Shown piece after piece: positions 48,230-58,269 of a stretch of 64,000 nucleotides of DNA. Both the position numbers and the translations under genes were made by a program. This stretch comes from Pyrinomonadaceae bacterium (GTDB taxonomy: Bacteria; Acidobacteriota; Blastocatellia; Pyrinomonadales; Pyrinomonadaceae): the NCBI GenBank assembly GCA_035273325.1, contig DATEPF010000236.1:254-64253 (forward strand), in the 5' to 3' direction. Positions within the stretch are counted from its first letter, which is position 1, and every line of letters begins with the position of its first letter. Under the pieces are notes generated by a model. The model searched no databases. It saw only the letters and a program-made list of their open reading frames with translations, and had not been told where the DNA came from.

Positions 48230-49441
48230 ATGACGTCTGAATTAAGAGACCTGGCAATCTTTGGCGGTACGCCCGCGTTTACCGAAAAGCTTTACGTGGG
48301 GCGCCCCAACATTGGCGATCGCGAGCTTCTGTTTAAGTTGCTGGGCGAGGCCCTGGATCGCCGTTGGCTGACCAATGGTGGGCCAATCGTGCAGGAATTC
48401 GAGCGGCGGCTGGCAGATTTTCTGGGAGTGAAGCACTGCATCGCTATCTGCAACGCCACGATCGCCCTGGAAATCGCGATCCGGGCCCTGGGCCTCACCG
48501 GTGAAGTGATCGTACCCTCATTCACTTTCGTCGCCACGGCGCATTGTTTGCAGTGGCTTGGACTAAAACCGGTATTTTGCGACGTCGATCCGGAGACGCA
48601 CAACATCGATGCGGAACAGATTGAAAGGCTGATCACGCCGCAGACGAGCGGCATCCTACCGGTGCATTTATGGGGCCGGCCTTGTTCCGTTGAACGGTTG
48701 GCCGAGATCGCGGATCGCCACCAGCTGGCGCTGATATTTGACGCCGCGCACGCCTTCGGATGCTCGCATAAAGGTCGCATGATTGGATCGTTTGGCGATG
48801 TGGAAGTGTTCAGCTTTCACGCCACGAAGTTTTTCAATAGCTTCGAAGGAGGCGCGGCCACTACCGACGACGACGATCTGGCTGAGAAGATGCGCTTAAT
48901 GCGAAATTTTGGATTCGCGGGATACGATGAAGTGAACTCAGTCGGTACCAACGGGAAGATGGCTGAAGTCTCGGCCGCGATGGGCCTGTCGTCGCTCGCT
49001 AGTTTGGAAGAATTCATTGCCACCAATAAACTCAATTACGAGTCCTATCGAAGCAATCTTTCGGGCGTGCCGGCTGTCGAAGTGATTGATTACAACGAAG
49101 CCGAGCGAAATAACTTTCAATACATCGTGTTACAGATAGCCGCCGATCAGGATGGCGTGACCCGGGATGAATTGCTTGCCGCTTTGTGGGCAGAAAACGT
49201 GATCGCTCGCCGCTATTTTTATCCCGGCTGTCATCGGATGGAACCATATCGCAGCGAACGCTCTTACCAGCTTCCGGCTACTGAAGAACTGGCCCAACGG
49301 CTTTTGCTGCTGCCTAACGGAACGGCCGTCGGCGATTCGGACATCAAGAGAATCTGCCAGGTCGTCCGCCTGATAATGTCGCATCCGCGCGAGGTGAAAG
49401 AGAGACTGTCGTCTGCAAATGTCGCACGCAAGTCGGCCTGA
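48230..49441 (+). CDS. DegT/DnrJ/EryC1/StrS-family sugar aminotransferase (second copy)
   Basis: 'NATIALEIAIRALGL', 'VIVPSFTFVATAHCL', 'FSFHATKFFNSFEGGAATTDD'. Confidence 0.85.
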   Translation: MTSELRDLAIFGGTPAFTEKLYVGRPNIGDRELLFKLLGEALDRRWLTNGGPIVQEFERRLADFLGVKHCIAICNATIALEIAIRALGLTGEVIVPSFTFVATAHCLQWLGLKPVFCDVDPETHNIDAEQIERLITPQTSGILPVHLWGRPCSVERLAEIADRHQLALIFDAAHAFGCSHKGRMIGSFGDVEVFSFHATKFFNSFEGGAATTDDDDLAEKMRLMRNFGFAGYDEVNSVGTNGKMAEVSAAMGLSSLASLEEFIATNKLNYESYRSNLSGVPAVEVIDYNEAERNNFQYIVLQIAADQDGVTRDELLAALWAENVIARRYFYPGCHRMEPYRSERSYQLPATEELAQRLLLLPNGTAVGDSDIKRICQVVRLIMSHPREVKERLSSANVARKSA

Positions 49442-49492
49442 GGTCGCGACGAAAAAGACTACAAGGGGCAGCCACATTCAAGCACTAATAGC

Positions 49493-50410
49493 ATGAACAT
49501 CTCACGCAGCATCAGTTATCGCTTAGGCGAGATTCAAAAACGCACGGCCTTCGCCTTAAATGCCGCGAGCGAGTATTTAAAGTTCCGTTCTCACCGTAAT
49601 GGAAGCCGGCCAAAGATTTCGGCAGTTGTCGTTGCTCGTAATGACGATTACATGCCGGATTTTGCAGATCGATTGCGCGCCACGATTGACTGGAACATTC
49701 GCTACCTGGTCGACGAAGTTGTGCTGGTGGAATGGAACCCTCCGCCGGATCGCGAGTTGCTGGCGCACGATTTAACGCGGCGATTCAGTTGTCTTCGCGC
49801 GTATGTCGTGCCGCCGGAGATTCACGCCGAAACCTGCGAAAACGAAAATGTCGCCTTGCTTGAATATCACGCTAAAAACGTCGGTATCCGTCGCGCGACC
49901 TCTCCGTGGATAATCGCTACCAATGCTGATGCAGCGCTCGGGTTCGATCTCGTTAATACAATACTGAACGCGAAGCTTTCGCCAGAGGTGGCCTGGACGG
50001 CTCAACGAATAGATATACCCTGGCGCGAGCGCCGGCAAAAGAGTATAGGCCTCGGCAGCGCCTTACGTTATGTGCGGGCCAACCCCTACCAGGAGCTTGG
50101 GACAGGCGAATTCATTCTTGCCAGTCGGGAACTTTGGAACAAAATACGCGGATACGACGAGAAGATGGTGCGCCATCGTTTCGGTTGTGATGTGCGCGGC
50201 GCTGCGCAAATGCAATTCCTTGGCGCTACTATTCGCAAGGCCGGGATCATGCTGCACTTCGCCCACCCGACGTCTTGCACTGAAAATATTCAGCCCCATC
50301 ATGGCGAAATGGCGACACTGGAAGGAATTCCTTATCACAACGACGACGATTGGGGCATGCGTCAACGTCGAGAGATTAAGATTGCCGAGCGCGTGTGGGA
50401 GTTGAGATAA
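49493..50410 (+). CDS. Hypothetical protein, GT-A (family 2-like) glycosyltransferase candidate
   Basis: 'ISAVVVARNDDYMPDF', 'IIATNADAALG', and 'GEFILASRELWNKIRGYDEKM', which resembles the GT2/GT7-C tail motif f..sre.f..igGfDe. Confidence 0.4.
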   Translation: MNISRSISYRLGEIQKRTAFALNAASEYLKFRSHRNGSRPKISAVVVARNDDYMPDFADRLRATIDWNIRYLVDEVVLVEWNPPPDRELLAHDLTRRFSCLRAYVVPPEIHAETCENENVALLEYHAKNVGIRRATSPWIIATNADAALGFDLVNTILNAKLSPEVAWTAQRIDIPWRERRQKSIGLGSALRYVRANPYQELGTGEFILASRELWNKIRGYDEKMVRHRFGCDVRGAAQMQFLGATIRKAGIMLHFAHPTSCTENIQPHHGEMATLEGIPYHNDDDWGMRQRREIKIAERVWELR

Positions 50411-50417
50411 GATCAAA

Positions 50418-51221
50418 ATGAGAGAACTTGTACTTGGCGGTGAAGGATTAATTGGGTCGACGCTGGTTGACGCGTTGAGTCGCCGGGGTCATCAGGTAAC
50501 TTCGCTGGATTTGAAGAGTGGTTGCGATGTCCGGCACGTTGACCAGCAGCCCTTTGTTGATGCCGATCGGGTTTGGTTTCTTGCCTGGGACACGGGCGGG
50601 GCCAAGTACATCGAAGCGGTCGATCAGCAGCACGAACAATACAAACACAACAGCGAGTTATGCCTGCGCGTCTTTGAGATGCTGTCGCGGACCCGCAAAC
50701 CATTTTTGTTCATCAGTTCACAATTAGCCGGCCTGCCCAACGCTTATGGGACGACCAAAGCGCTGGGTGCAAGCTGGGCACGGCAGCTTGGCGGCAAAGT
50801 GGCGCGGTTGTGGAACGTTTACGGTTGGGAGGAACCGACGGTTCGCAGTCACGTCGTCACCGATCTCGTCTTGTCTGGCCTGAAAGGCCGCGTTACTTGT
50901 ATGACGGATGGCGGGGAACATCGGCGGTTTCTTTACAAGACTGATTGCGTTGAAGCGCTGATGCAATTATTTGATAGTAGTGACCAGCAGACGGCGGAAA
51001 TCGCAGCTGAGGACTGGGTTACCATTCGCTTGATAGGAGAGGAAATTGCGCGTCAATTGAACGTGCCTGCCAAATTCGGCGAGGTAAAGGGTTCGGAATG
51101 CCTAATCGATCCGCTCGAAACTCTTCCAAATTGGAAGCCACGTGTGTCGCTACCGCAGGGAATCTCGCAGGTAATTGAAGACGCGCGCGTCCATCTGAAC
51201 AAACAAAGCGTCGCCGTCTAA
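50418..51221 (+). CDS. NAD-dependent epimerase/dehydratase-family (extended SDR) protein
   Basis: 'MRELVLGGEGLIGSTLVDAL' and 'YGTTK' (YxxxK). Confidence 0.65.
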   Translation: MRELVLGGEGLIGSTLVDALSRRGHQVTSLDLKSGCDVRHVDQQPFVDADRVWFLAWDTGGAKYIEAVDQQHEQYKHNSELCLRVFEMLSRTRKPFLFISSQLAGLPNAYGTTKALGASWARQLGGKVARLWNVYGWEEPTVRSHVVTDLVLSGLKGRVTCMTDGGEHRRFLYKTDCVEALMQLFDSSDQQTAEIAAEDWVTIRLIGEEIARQLNVPAKFGEVKGSECLIDPLETLPNWKPRVSLPQGISQVIEDARVHLNKQSVAV

Positions 51222-51283
51222 GTTGTCAACGGTGATCCAAAATGTCGTGCCGATTGCCACCACCCTGGCCGGGATAGTTACTG

Positions 51284-53209
51284 ATGTGCGGAATTGCAGG
51301 CATAGTTAGCTCCGGTCCGATTGGGCCCCGCGATCTCGCAGCGCTGGGCGCGATGAACGATGGTTTGCGCCATCGCGGCCCCGACGGCGAGGGGCACTTC
51401 AAAAATGATCACGTCGCGCTGGCCATGCGACGGCTGAGCATCATCGATCTCGCCAGCGGTTGGCAGCCTCTCTACAACGAAGACCGATCTTTGGCGCTCG
51501 TCGCCAACGGCGAGATCTACAACTATGTCGAGTTGCGGGAACAACTCAAAGATCGTGGCCACCGGCTCGCTACCGAGGGCGACATCGAAACAATTCTCCA
51601 TCTGTATGAAGAGCATGGGCTGGATTGTGTTCAGCACCTGCGCGGAATGTTTGCGTTCGCTTTATGGGACAGCCGGCGGCGACGGCTCGTATTGGCGCGC
51701 GATCGCATGGGAGAAAAACCGCTTTATCTTTACGAACAGAACGGCAGTCTCATTTTTGCTTCTGAGATGAAAGCCCTGCTTCGCTCGGGGATTGTCCCGT
51801 TCGAGCTCGATCCAACCGCGGTCAATCTCTACTTTCATTACCAATACGTGCCTGAGCCGATGACGCCACTGAAGGGCGTGCGCAAACTTGATGCTGCCTC
51901 ACTGTTGGTAATCGACGTGGAACCCTGGAAGATCGAGGAACGCCGCTATTGGCGCATGGAAGATGCCCCGCCTTTGGAAGGCGATCCGGCCAAGCTGATT
52001 CGCGAACAACTCGAAACGGTTAGCGAGATTGTGATTCGCTCGGATGTTCCGGTTGGCGTTGCGTTAAGTGGAGGGTTGGACTCGAGTGCCATTGCCGCAC
52101 TGGCGGCCCGCAGTTATCCGGGGACCATGCACGCGTTCAGCGTTGGTTATCCAGGGCGGCCTGCATATGACGAGCGCGCCGATGCACTCGCCCTGGCTGA
52201 TCACCTTAACTTACCGTTTCACGATGTTGAATTAACTACCGACGACATCGTTGCCCACTTTCCCGAGTTGGTATATTGGCAAGACGACCCCATCGCTGAC
52301 ATCGCCGGCTTTGGGTATTACTCCGTCATGAAGTTGGCCCGCGAGCATAGCGTGCCCGTGGTTTTGCAGGGTCAGGGCGGGGACGAATTATTCTGGGGCT
52401 ACAGTTGGGTGAGCGACGCCGCTCGCCAATCAGCTCGCAAGGCTGCAGCACGAGGCGCGCTAAAACACTTCCTTCAGTATTTGAGTTTGGATCTGCCGCG
52501 GGGATTCTCGCGTCTTGATCTCGGAGAATGGGCGCATAGCCTGGGCGGCCTTAAGCCAGGTTGGCAAAACCTGAAGCGCGACCGCCGAACCCCCGCCGAT
52601 CAGTTAGTCTTTCATGATCTGGTTTCCGACTTCCATGACGCCGGGCAAGAGCTAAGCGCGCTTTATACGCCATCGTTCGTGAAGCAGCTAAATGGATCAA
52701 ATGCTGCGAAGCCTTTTACCCTTGAACGTCCGTGGCCTGACATTGATGTGACCCTGACAAAACTGATCTGCGAGACCTACCTTCGCGAAAACGGAATTGC
52801 GCAGGGAGACCGTCTCGGCATGGCATCGTCGATTGAGTTGCGTCTGCCACTGGTTGATTATCAGCTGGTGGAAACCGTGATCGGTTTGCGCAAATTCCAG
52901 ACCGATCGCGACCAGCCGCCGAAAGCTTGGTTTAAAGAGGCGCTGAGGGACGTGGTGCCGGAATGGGTAATTCAAAGGCCGAAACGCGGCTTCAACCCCC
53001 CGGTGCGCGAATGGCAAAGCGGTCTCCTGGCCGCCTACGGGGACACGATGCTCGACGGTTCTCTGGTGCAGCACAATATTCTGACTCCCAAGAGCGCGCG
53101 ACAGCTCGCCGCCGATCCAACTCCGCCGGATAATATTGCCCCCATTTCGTTCAAGGCCCTGGTGCTGGAGCAATGGTGCCGGCGCATGGGTGAGGCTTGT
53201 CCGGCCTGA
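51284..53209 (+). CDS. asnB: Asparagine synthase (glutamine-hydrolysing)-family amidotransferase, copy 1
   Basis: 'MCGIAGIV' (Ntn Cys2), 'RRLSIIDL', 'NGEIYNY', 'VALSGGLDSSAIAALA' (PP-loop). Confidence 0.85.
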   Translation: MCGIAGIVSSGPIGPRDLAALGAMNDGLRHRGPDGEGHFKNDHVALAMRRLSIIDLASGWQPLYNEDRSLALVANGEIYNYVELREQLKDRGHRLATEGDIETILHLYEEHGLDCVQHLRGMFAFALWDSRRRRLVLARDRMGEKPLYLYEQNGSLIFASEMKALLRSGIVPFELDPTAVNLYFHYQYVPEPMTPLKGVRKLDAASLLVIDVEPWKIEERRYWRMEDAPPLEGDPAKLIREQLETVSEIVIRSDVPVGVALSGGLDSSAIAALAARSYPGTMHAFSVGYPGRPAYDERADALALADHLNLPFHDVELTTDDIVAHFPELVYWQDDPIADIAGFGYYSVMKLAREHSVPVVLQGQGGDELFWGYSWVSDAARQSARKAAARGALKHFLQYLSLDLPRGFSRLDLGEWAHSLGGLKPGWQNLKRDRRTPADQLVFHDLVSDFHDAGQELSALYTPSFVKQLNGSNAAKPFTLERPWPDIDVTLTKLICETYLRENGIAQGDRLGMASSIELRLPLVDYQLVETVIGLRKFQTDRDQPPKAWFKEALRDVVPEWVIQRPKRGFNPPVREWQSGLLAAYGDTMLDGSLVQHNILTPKSARQLAADPTPPDNIAPISFKALVLEQWCRRMGEACPA

Positions 53210-53271
53210 CGGTAAGGATCCATGCACATTAGCCATGGCCGGGAGAGCCCTGGTGGAGAGTGACGCGCTAA

Positions 53272-54522
53272 TTGCGGTTTCAAAGAATCACAACCAACTA
53301 TCCGGTCTATTGGCGTCAATTCTACGCCGATAAACCAGGCCTGGAAGCCCAGCCTTTCGAAGTTCAGCACGCAACGCTCATGCACAATGCTGTGGCTTGG
53401 GCTGACTTCTGGTCCCACGCGCTCGGCAAACTCGGCTATGAAACTAACGAAGTGATCTCGAACGTCGAGCCGCTGCAACGGGCTTGGGCGCGCGAAAATG
53501 ATCTCACCTGGGATCAGTCGGATTGGCTCGCGCAGATTACGACGGCGCAAATCAAGAAATTCAAGCCGGATGTGTTGTTCGTCAATGACTACGTGACCTA
53601 CACAGCCGCTTACCTCAGCCGAGTTCGGTTCGAATGTCCTTCTATCCGTATCATCCTGGGCTGGTGCGGCGCGCCCTACAGCGATCCTTCGGTCTTCAGC
53701 CAGTATGATGTCGTGCTTTCGAGTGTTCCGGAGCTGGTCCAGGATTTTCGCGCGCAGGGGCACGTTTGCTTTCAAATTGATCATGCTTTCGACCCGCGCA
53801 TTCTGGAAAGGCTCGACCTCAATGCTTCGCCCACCACTGACTTTGCTTTCGTTGGTTCAATTACCAAGAAGAATAATTTTCATCGCGAGCGCGAAGAACA
53901 ATTGCTGGAGTTGATTCGAAAGACGGATTTGCAAATCTGGGCAGCGGTTGGGCATCCTTCCCTATCGGAGCGCAGCCGCATACGTCTAAAGCAAATTGCC
54001 TATGATGTGGTCCACGCGGGGCACGACATCCGGGTGCTGGCGCCGTTGATGAAGGCGGCGCCGTTTGCCCGAAAAGTGACTCACTGGGAAGCGCGCCCGG
54101 CGCTTCCGCAGGCGGTTGACGCAGCGATTGAACGACGGGCCCACGCACCGCTCTTCGGTCTGCCGATGTTCCAACAGCTTCGTCAGAGCAAGGTGTTGCT
54201 CAATACGCACATTGAAATCTCGTCGTCGCACGCTTCAAACATGCGGCTTTACGAAGCGACCGGCGTGGGCAGTTGTTTGTTGACAGATTGGAAAGGTAAT
54301 CTCAGCGAACTTTTCGAACCGGATCGAGAGATCCTCGCCTACCGCAGCGTTGACGAAGCTATAGAGAAACTGCGTTACATTCTGGATCATGAAAGTGAGC
54401 GACGAGCCATCGCCAATGCCGGGCAGACGCGCACGCTGCGAGATCATACGTTTGATCGCCGCGCCGAACAGTTAGACGAACTGCTGCACCAAGAGCTGCG
54501 CCTGACCACGGCCTCCGTTTGA
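53272..54522 (+). CDS. CgeB-like glycosyltransferase (DUF3880-type N-terminus + Glyco_trans_1_2 C-terminus), TTG start
   Basis: 'LNTHIEISSSHASNMRLYEATGVGSCLLTDWKGNLSELFEPDREILAYRSVDEAIEKLRYIL..ERRAIANAGQTRTLRDHTF'. Confidence 0.6.
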   Translation: MRFQRITTNYPVYWRQFYADKPGLEAQPFEVQHATLMHNAVAWADFWSHALGKLGYETNEVISNVEPLQRAWARENDLTWDQSDWLAQITTAQIKKFKPDVLFVNDYVTYTAAYLSRVRFECPSIRIILGWCGAPYSDPSVFSQYDVVLSSVPELVQDFRAQGHVCFQIDHAFDPRILERLDLNASPTTDFAFVGSITKKNNFHREREEQLLELIRKTDLQIWAAVGHPSLSERSRIRLKQIAYDVVHAGHDIRVLAPLMKAAPFARKVTHWEARPALPQAVDAAIERRAHAPLFGLPMFQQLRQSKVLLNTHIEISSSHASNMRLYEATGVGSCLLTDWKGNLSELFEPDREILAYRSVDEAIEKLRYILDHESERRAIANAGQTRTLRDHTFDRRAEQLDELLHQELRLTTASV

Positions 54523-54640
54523 AGGTGCATAGGGATAAGTTAAGATTGCTGGTTTAAAGAACCGAAGATAATTGCAGTTGGACCGGAGTATTCGGGGCAC
54601 GAACCCCACCAAAACGGTTTTAGGAAACACTGAGACTTAA

Positions 54641-55297
54641 ATGATGTCACTTGTCGAACGAGCGAAACGTCGTTTGGACGAAACAGAGTTATTGAGGAAG
54701 GTCCGGCCTTACACTTTATTAACCTCTGAGAAGCTTCGCAGTCTGAAACGCCTGGCCCGGTTAATCAACGAAACCGGCATCGCAGGGGATTTTGTTGAGT
54801 GTGGCACTTACAAAGGGGGCAGCGGGGGCGTGCTCTCTTCTGAGATCGCCCAGAGACACTTATGGCTTTATGACAGTTTTCAGGGCATGCCTGACGTGCA
54901 GGAAATTGACGGCAAGGATGCGAAAGAAGCCGTCGGAGCATGCCGCGCCGAAGAAGCGAATGTAATAGAAATTCTCTCCGCCTTAAGCGTACCAAAGACT
55001 CAATATACAATTCGCAAGGGGTATTTCGATCAAACCTTCCAGCAGCCTTTACCGGAAAAAGTGGCGCTGCTGCATTGCGACGCAGACTGGTACGATTCAG
55101 TGACGCTGGTGCTGGAAACGTTCTATCCGCGGATTCCTAAAGGAGGTTGCATCGTCCTTGATGACTTTGGCTGGTGGGAAGGGACGCGCATTGCTTTTTA
55201 CGATTTCTGTTTTAAGTATGGAGAAAAGCCTCTGCTCGAACGGGTCGGCACCGACCAGGCTTACTGGATTAAGGGGAAAGAGCACTGGCGAGGTTAG
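54641..55297 (+). CDS. TylF / macrocin-O-methyltransferase-family sugar O-methyltransferase
   Basis: 'GDFVECGTYKGGSG', 'LYDSFQGMP', 'LHCDADWYDSVTLVLETFYPRIPKGGCIVLDDF'. Confidence 0.8.
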   Translation: MMSLVERAKRRLDETELLRKVRPYTLLTSEKLRSLKRLARLINETGIAGDFVECGTYKGGSGGVLSSEIAQRHLWLYDSFQGMPDVQEIDGKDAKEAVGACRAEEANVIEILSALSVPKTQYTIRKGYFDQTFQQPLPEKVALLHCDADWYDSVTLVLETFYPRIPKGGCIVLDDFGWWEGTRIAFYDFCFKYGEKPLLERVGTDQAYWIKGKEHWRG

Positions 55298-55397
55298 TTG
55301 TCGCCGGCGCAACTCGCTCGGAACGTTCGTACTCTGAACTGCGTCGGACCACGCTGACAACCTCAATCTGCAGCTGAACGTCTTCGCTTTTTCGCAC

Positions 55398-56252
55398 ATG
55401 AAATCCTACCTAAATCTTGGCTGCGGCGAGCGTTTTCATCCCTCCTGGACGAATATCGATTTTACAAGCTCCGGACCCGATGTTGTTGTCTGGGACCTGC
55501 GAGATGGCATTCCTTTCCCGGACAATACGGCGCAGGTCGTTTATCATTCGCACATACTCGAGCACTTTTCTCGCGAGAATGCGCGTACCTTCTTGCGCGA
55601 ATGTCGCCGTGTGCTCGAACCTGGGGGCATCATCCGGGTCGTAGTTCCTGACCTGGAAAGTCTCGTCTTGACCTACCAGCGAGCGCTCGACCGCGCGGCC
55701 GCGGGAGATGAGCAGTGGGGTCACAATTATGAATACGTGATGCTCGAACTTTACGACCAGACAGTGCGAGAGCGTCCAGGTGGCGAGCTGGGTGACTATC
55801 TGCAGCAACCGAAAATCCCTAATTTGGAGTTCGTGCTTGAGCAGGGTGGCATTGATGCGCAGATGATAATTGATGAAGCACGGCGGGCCGCATCTGCTGC
55901 TGGTGCACCGGCCGGGGCTGCGGCGACAAACACCCTCACCCGTTTACCGCGTCGCCTTTATGGGTTTTTGCGGCGGACGGGGTTTGGTCGAGAGGCTCTG
56001 CTGCGTTTTATACTGGGAGCCGAGTATGACGCTTTGCGTGTTGGGCGTTTTCGTCTCAGGGGCGAGCCGCACCTTTGGATGTATGATCGCTATTCGCTTT
56101 TAAGGTTGTTGCGCGAGGTGGGGTTCGAGGGCCCGCAATTACTCGGTCCCTCCCAGAGTCAGATTCCGAACTGGACTGAGTTTCATCTCGACACCGAACC
56201 TGACGGCGCGATCTACAAACCTTTTTCGCTTTACGCGGAAGCGCGGAAGTAA
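55398..56252 (+). CDS. Class I SAM-dependent methyltransferase
   Basis: 'YLNLGCGERFHPSWTNIDF' and 'VVYHSHILEHFSRENARTFLRECRRVLEPGGIIRVVVPD'. Confidence 0.75.
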   Translation: MKSYLNLGCGERFHPSWTNIDFTSSGPDVVVWDLRDGIPFPDNTAQVVYHSHILEHFSRENARTFLRECRRVLEPGGIIRVVVPDLESLVLTYQRALDRAAAGDEQWGHNYEYVMLELYDQTVRERPGGELGDYLQQPKIPNLEFVLEQGGIDAQMIIDEARRAASAAGAPAGAAATNTLTRLPRRLYGFLRRTGFGREALLRFILGAEYDALRVGRFRLRGEPHLWMYDRYSLLRLLREVGFEGPQLLGPSQSQIPNWTEFHLDTEPDGAIYKPFSLYAEARK

Positions 56253-56304
56253 GCAAGCAGACAAGGCAGGCAGCGCGAGAAATTTGTCTCGCTAATAGAG
56301 ATTT

Positions 56305-58269
56305 ATGTGCGGCATCGCAGGCATTGCGGGACAACAACACGAATCCTGGCTCACCGGGATGAATTCTCTTCTCGTGCACCGTGGACCGGACGATTGCGGA
56401 GAGTATCGCGATCCCGAAGCACAAACAGCCCTCGCAATGCGGCGGCTGAGCATTCTGGATCTGGCCAGCGGTCACCAGCCGATGGCCAATGCTGATGAAA
56501 CCGTCTGGATCGTCTTCAACGGCGAAATCTTCAATTCCCCCGAGATCCGCCGGCGCCTCATTGCCGCCGGCAAGTGTTTTAAAACCGCAAACTCGGATAC
56601 CGAGATACTGCTCCACCTCTACGAAGATAGAGACTATGCGATGCTGGATGAGCTTAACGGTATGTTTGCGTTTGTCATCTACGATAAAAAGCGCAAGCGG
56701 CTGTTTGGAGCGCGCGACCGCATCGGCATTAAGCCGCTGTATTACTTTAACCAGCCGGGGCTGTTTGCCTTTGCCTCGGAACTAAAGAGCTTACTTACTC
56801 TGCCGGTTAGCCGCGACCTGGACTTCCAAAGCCTTTATCACTACATGACGCTGTTATTCGTGCCGGGTGAACGGACGATTTTCAGCGGCGTTAAGCGGAT
56901 ACCGCCAGGGCATTACTTCACCTTTGATCTAGCGTCTCGCCAACTATCAACACGCCGGTACTGGCAACTCAAGACGGATCGGATCGAGGAAAATCGGCCG
57001 CCCGAAGAATGGCCTGCAATTGTTCGACATGAACTGCGCGAGGCCGTGCGGCGCTGGACCTTAAGCGATGTTCCGGTGGGCTGCTCGCTCTCGGGCGGCT
57101 TGGACTCTTCGGCGGTCGTCGGTTTGCTGAGCGAGCTGGGCCATGGTCCCATCAAAACATATTCGCTCGGTTTTGCTTCTGAGGATGAAGCAGCGTGGAA
57201 CGAACTGGACCTCGCGAGAAAAGTATCTGAACGATTTGAGACGGATCATCAGGAAGTCATTCTTCGGCCGGACGAGCTTTTGGATGATTTGGTGTCGATG
57301 GTTTGGCACCTGGATGAACCGTACGGTGGCGGTCTGCCATCCTGGTATGTTTTTCGGATGATGAGCAAGGAAGTAAAGGTCGGACTCACGGGAACCGGAG
57401 GTGACGAGCTATTCGGCAATTACGGTAAGTTCTCGCCGTTTGAAAACAGTCCCGTACTGCGAATGGCGAACGCTCACCCGGGTCTGGCGCGGTTGGGGGC
57501 AAAGCTGCCCACATTCATGTGGTCGGGGTGGTCCAGTTTGGTCGACGCAGTGCCAACTGCTCTTGTGTCCTCTCAAAAGAAGAACCGCCTCGCGCAGATG
57601 AGCGACATCTGCCGGGCGCCTTTCGGAAGCCATTACTATGCAAATCAGGTTTACCTGAGCGACAACCTGAAACAGGCTTCAGTGTTCAACGGCCGTTTTT
57701 CCGAGGTGGAAGAGACGGCTTTGTACTTACAGCGTTTATTCGCCGAGGCGAACACAAGCAGCGTTCGCGACGCGGTGGCCTACGTTGACTTTCAAACTCA
57801 ATTACCCGAAGAATTTCTGATGATGACCGATCGATTCTCGATGGCGCATTCACTTGAAGGACGCGTGCCGTTTCTCGATCACGAGTTTGTCGAAACGGTC
57901 TTTCGCATTCCGGCCTCAATTCGCACCCGCCCTGGTGATTTGAAATACCTTTTGAAAGCCGCAGTGGGAGATCTCCTACCGAAGGAATTACTGGGCGCGC
58001 CGAAGAAAGGGTTCGTGATTCCGATCACGTTATGGCTGCGTAATCAGTTACGCCCGCTTGCACAACGCTTGTTATCGGCTGAGCGCTTAGAGCAACAAGG
58101 GATCTTTCGTCCGTCTTTTTATGCTGCTTATGTTACGCCACACCTCGAAGGTCGCGCGGATTACACCTGGCAGGTTTGGTCGGCTTTGATGTTTCAACTG
58201 TGGCATTCGGTATTTGTAGAACAACGTGGTGTGGAAAGGCCCACTTATTCGTGGCGTGACTTAATGTGA
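56305..58269 (+). CDS. asnB: Asparagine synthase (glutamine-hydrolysing)-family amidotransferase, copy 2
   Basis: 'MCGIAGIAG', 'RRLSILDL', 'NGEIFNS', 'CSLSGGLDSSAVVGLL'. Confidence 0.85.
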   Translation: MCGIAGIAGQQHESWLTGMNSLLVHRGPDDCGEYRDPEAQTALAMRRLSILDLASGHQPMANADETVWIVFNGEIFNSPEIRRRLIAAGKCFKTANSDTEILLHLYEDRDYAMLDELNGMFAFVIYDKKRKRLFGARDRIGIKPLYYFNQPGLFAFASELKSLLTLPVSRDLDFQSLYHYMTLLFVPGERTIFSGVKRIPPGHYFTFDLASRQLSTRRYWQLKTDRIEENRPPEEWPAIVRHELREAVRRWTLSDVPVGCSLSGGLDSSAVVGLLSELGHGPIKTYSLGFASEDEAAWNELDLARKVSERFETDHQEVILRPDELLDDLVSMVWHLDEPYGGGLPSWYVFRMMSKEVKVGLTGTGGDELFGNYGKFSPFENSPVLRMANAHPGLARLGAKLPTFMWSGWSSLVDAVPTALVSSQKKNRLAQMSDICRAPFGSHYYANQVYLSDNLKQASVFNGRFSEVEETALYLQRLFAEANTSSVRDAVAYVDFQTQLPEEFLMMTDRFSMAHSLEGRVPFLDHEFVETVFRIPASIRTRPGDLKYLLKAAVGDLLPKELLGAPKKGFVIPITLWLRNQLRPLAQRLLSAERLEQQGIFRPSFYAAYVTPHLEGRADYTWQVWSALMFQLWHSVFVEQRGVERPTYSWRDLM

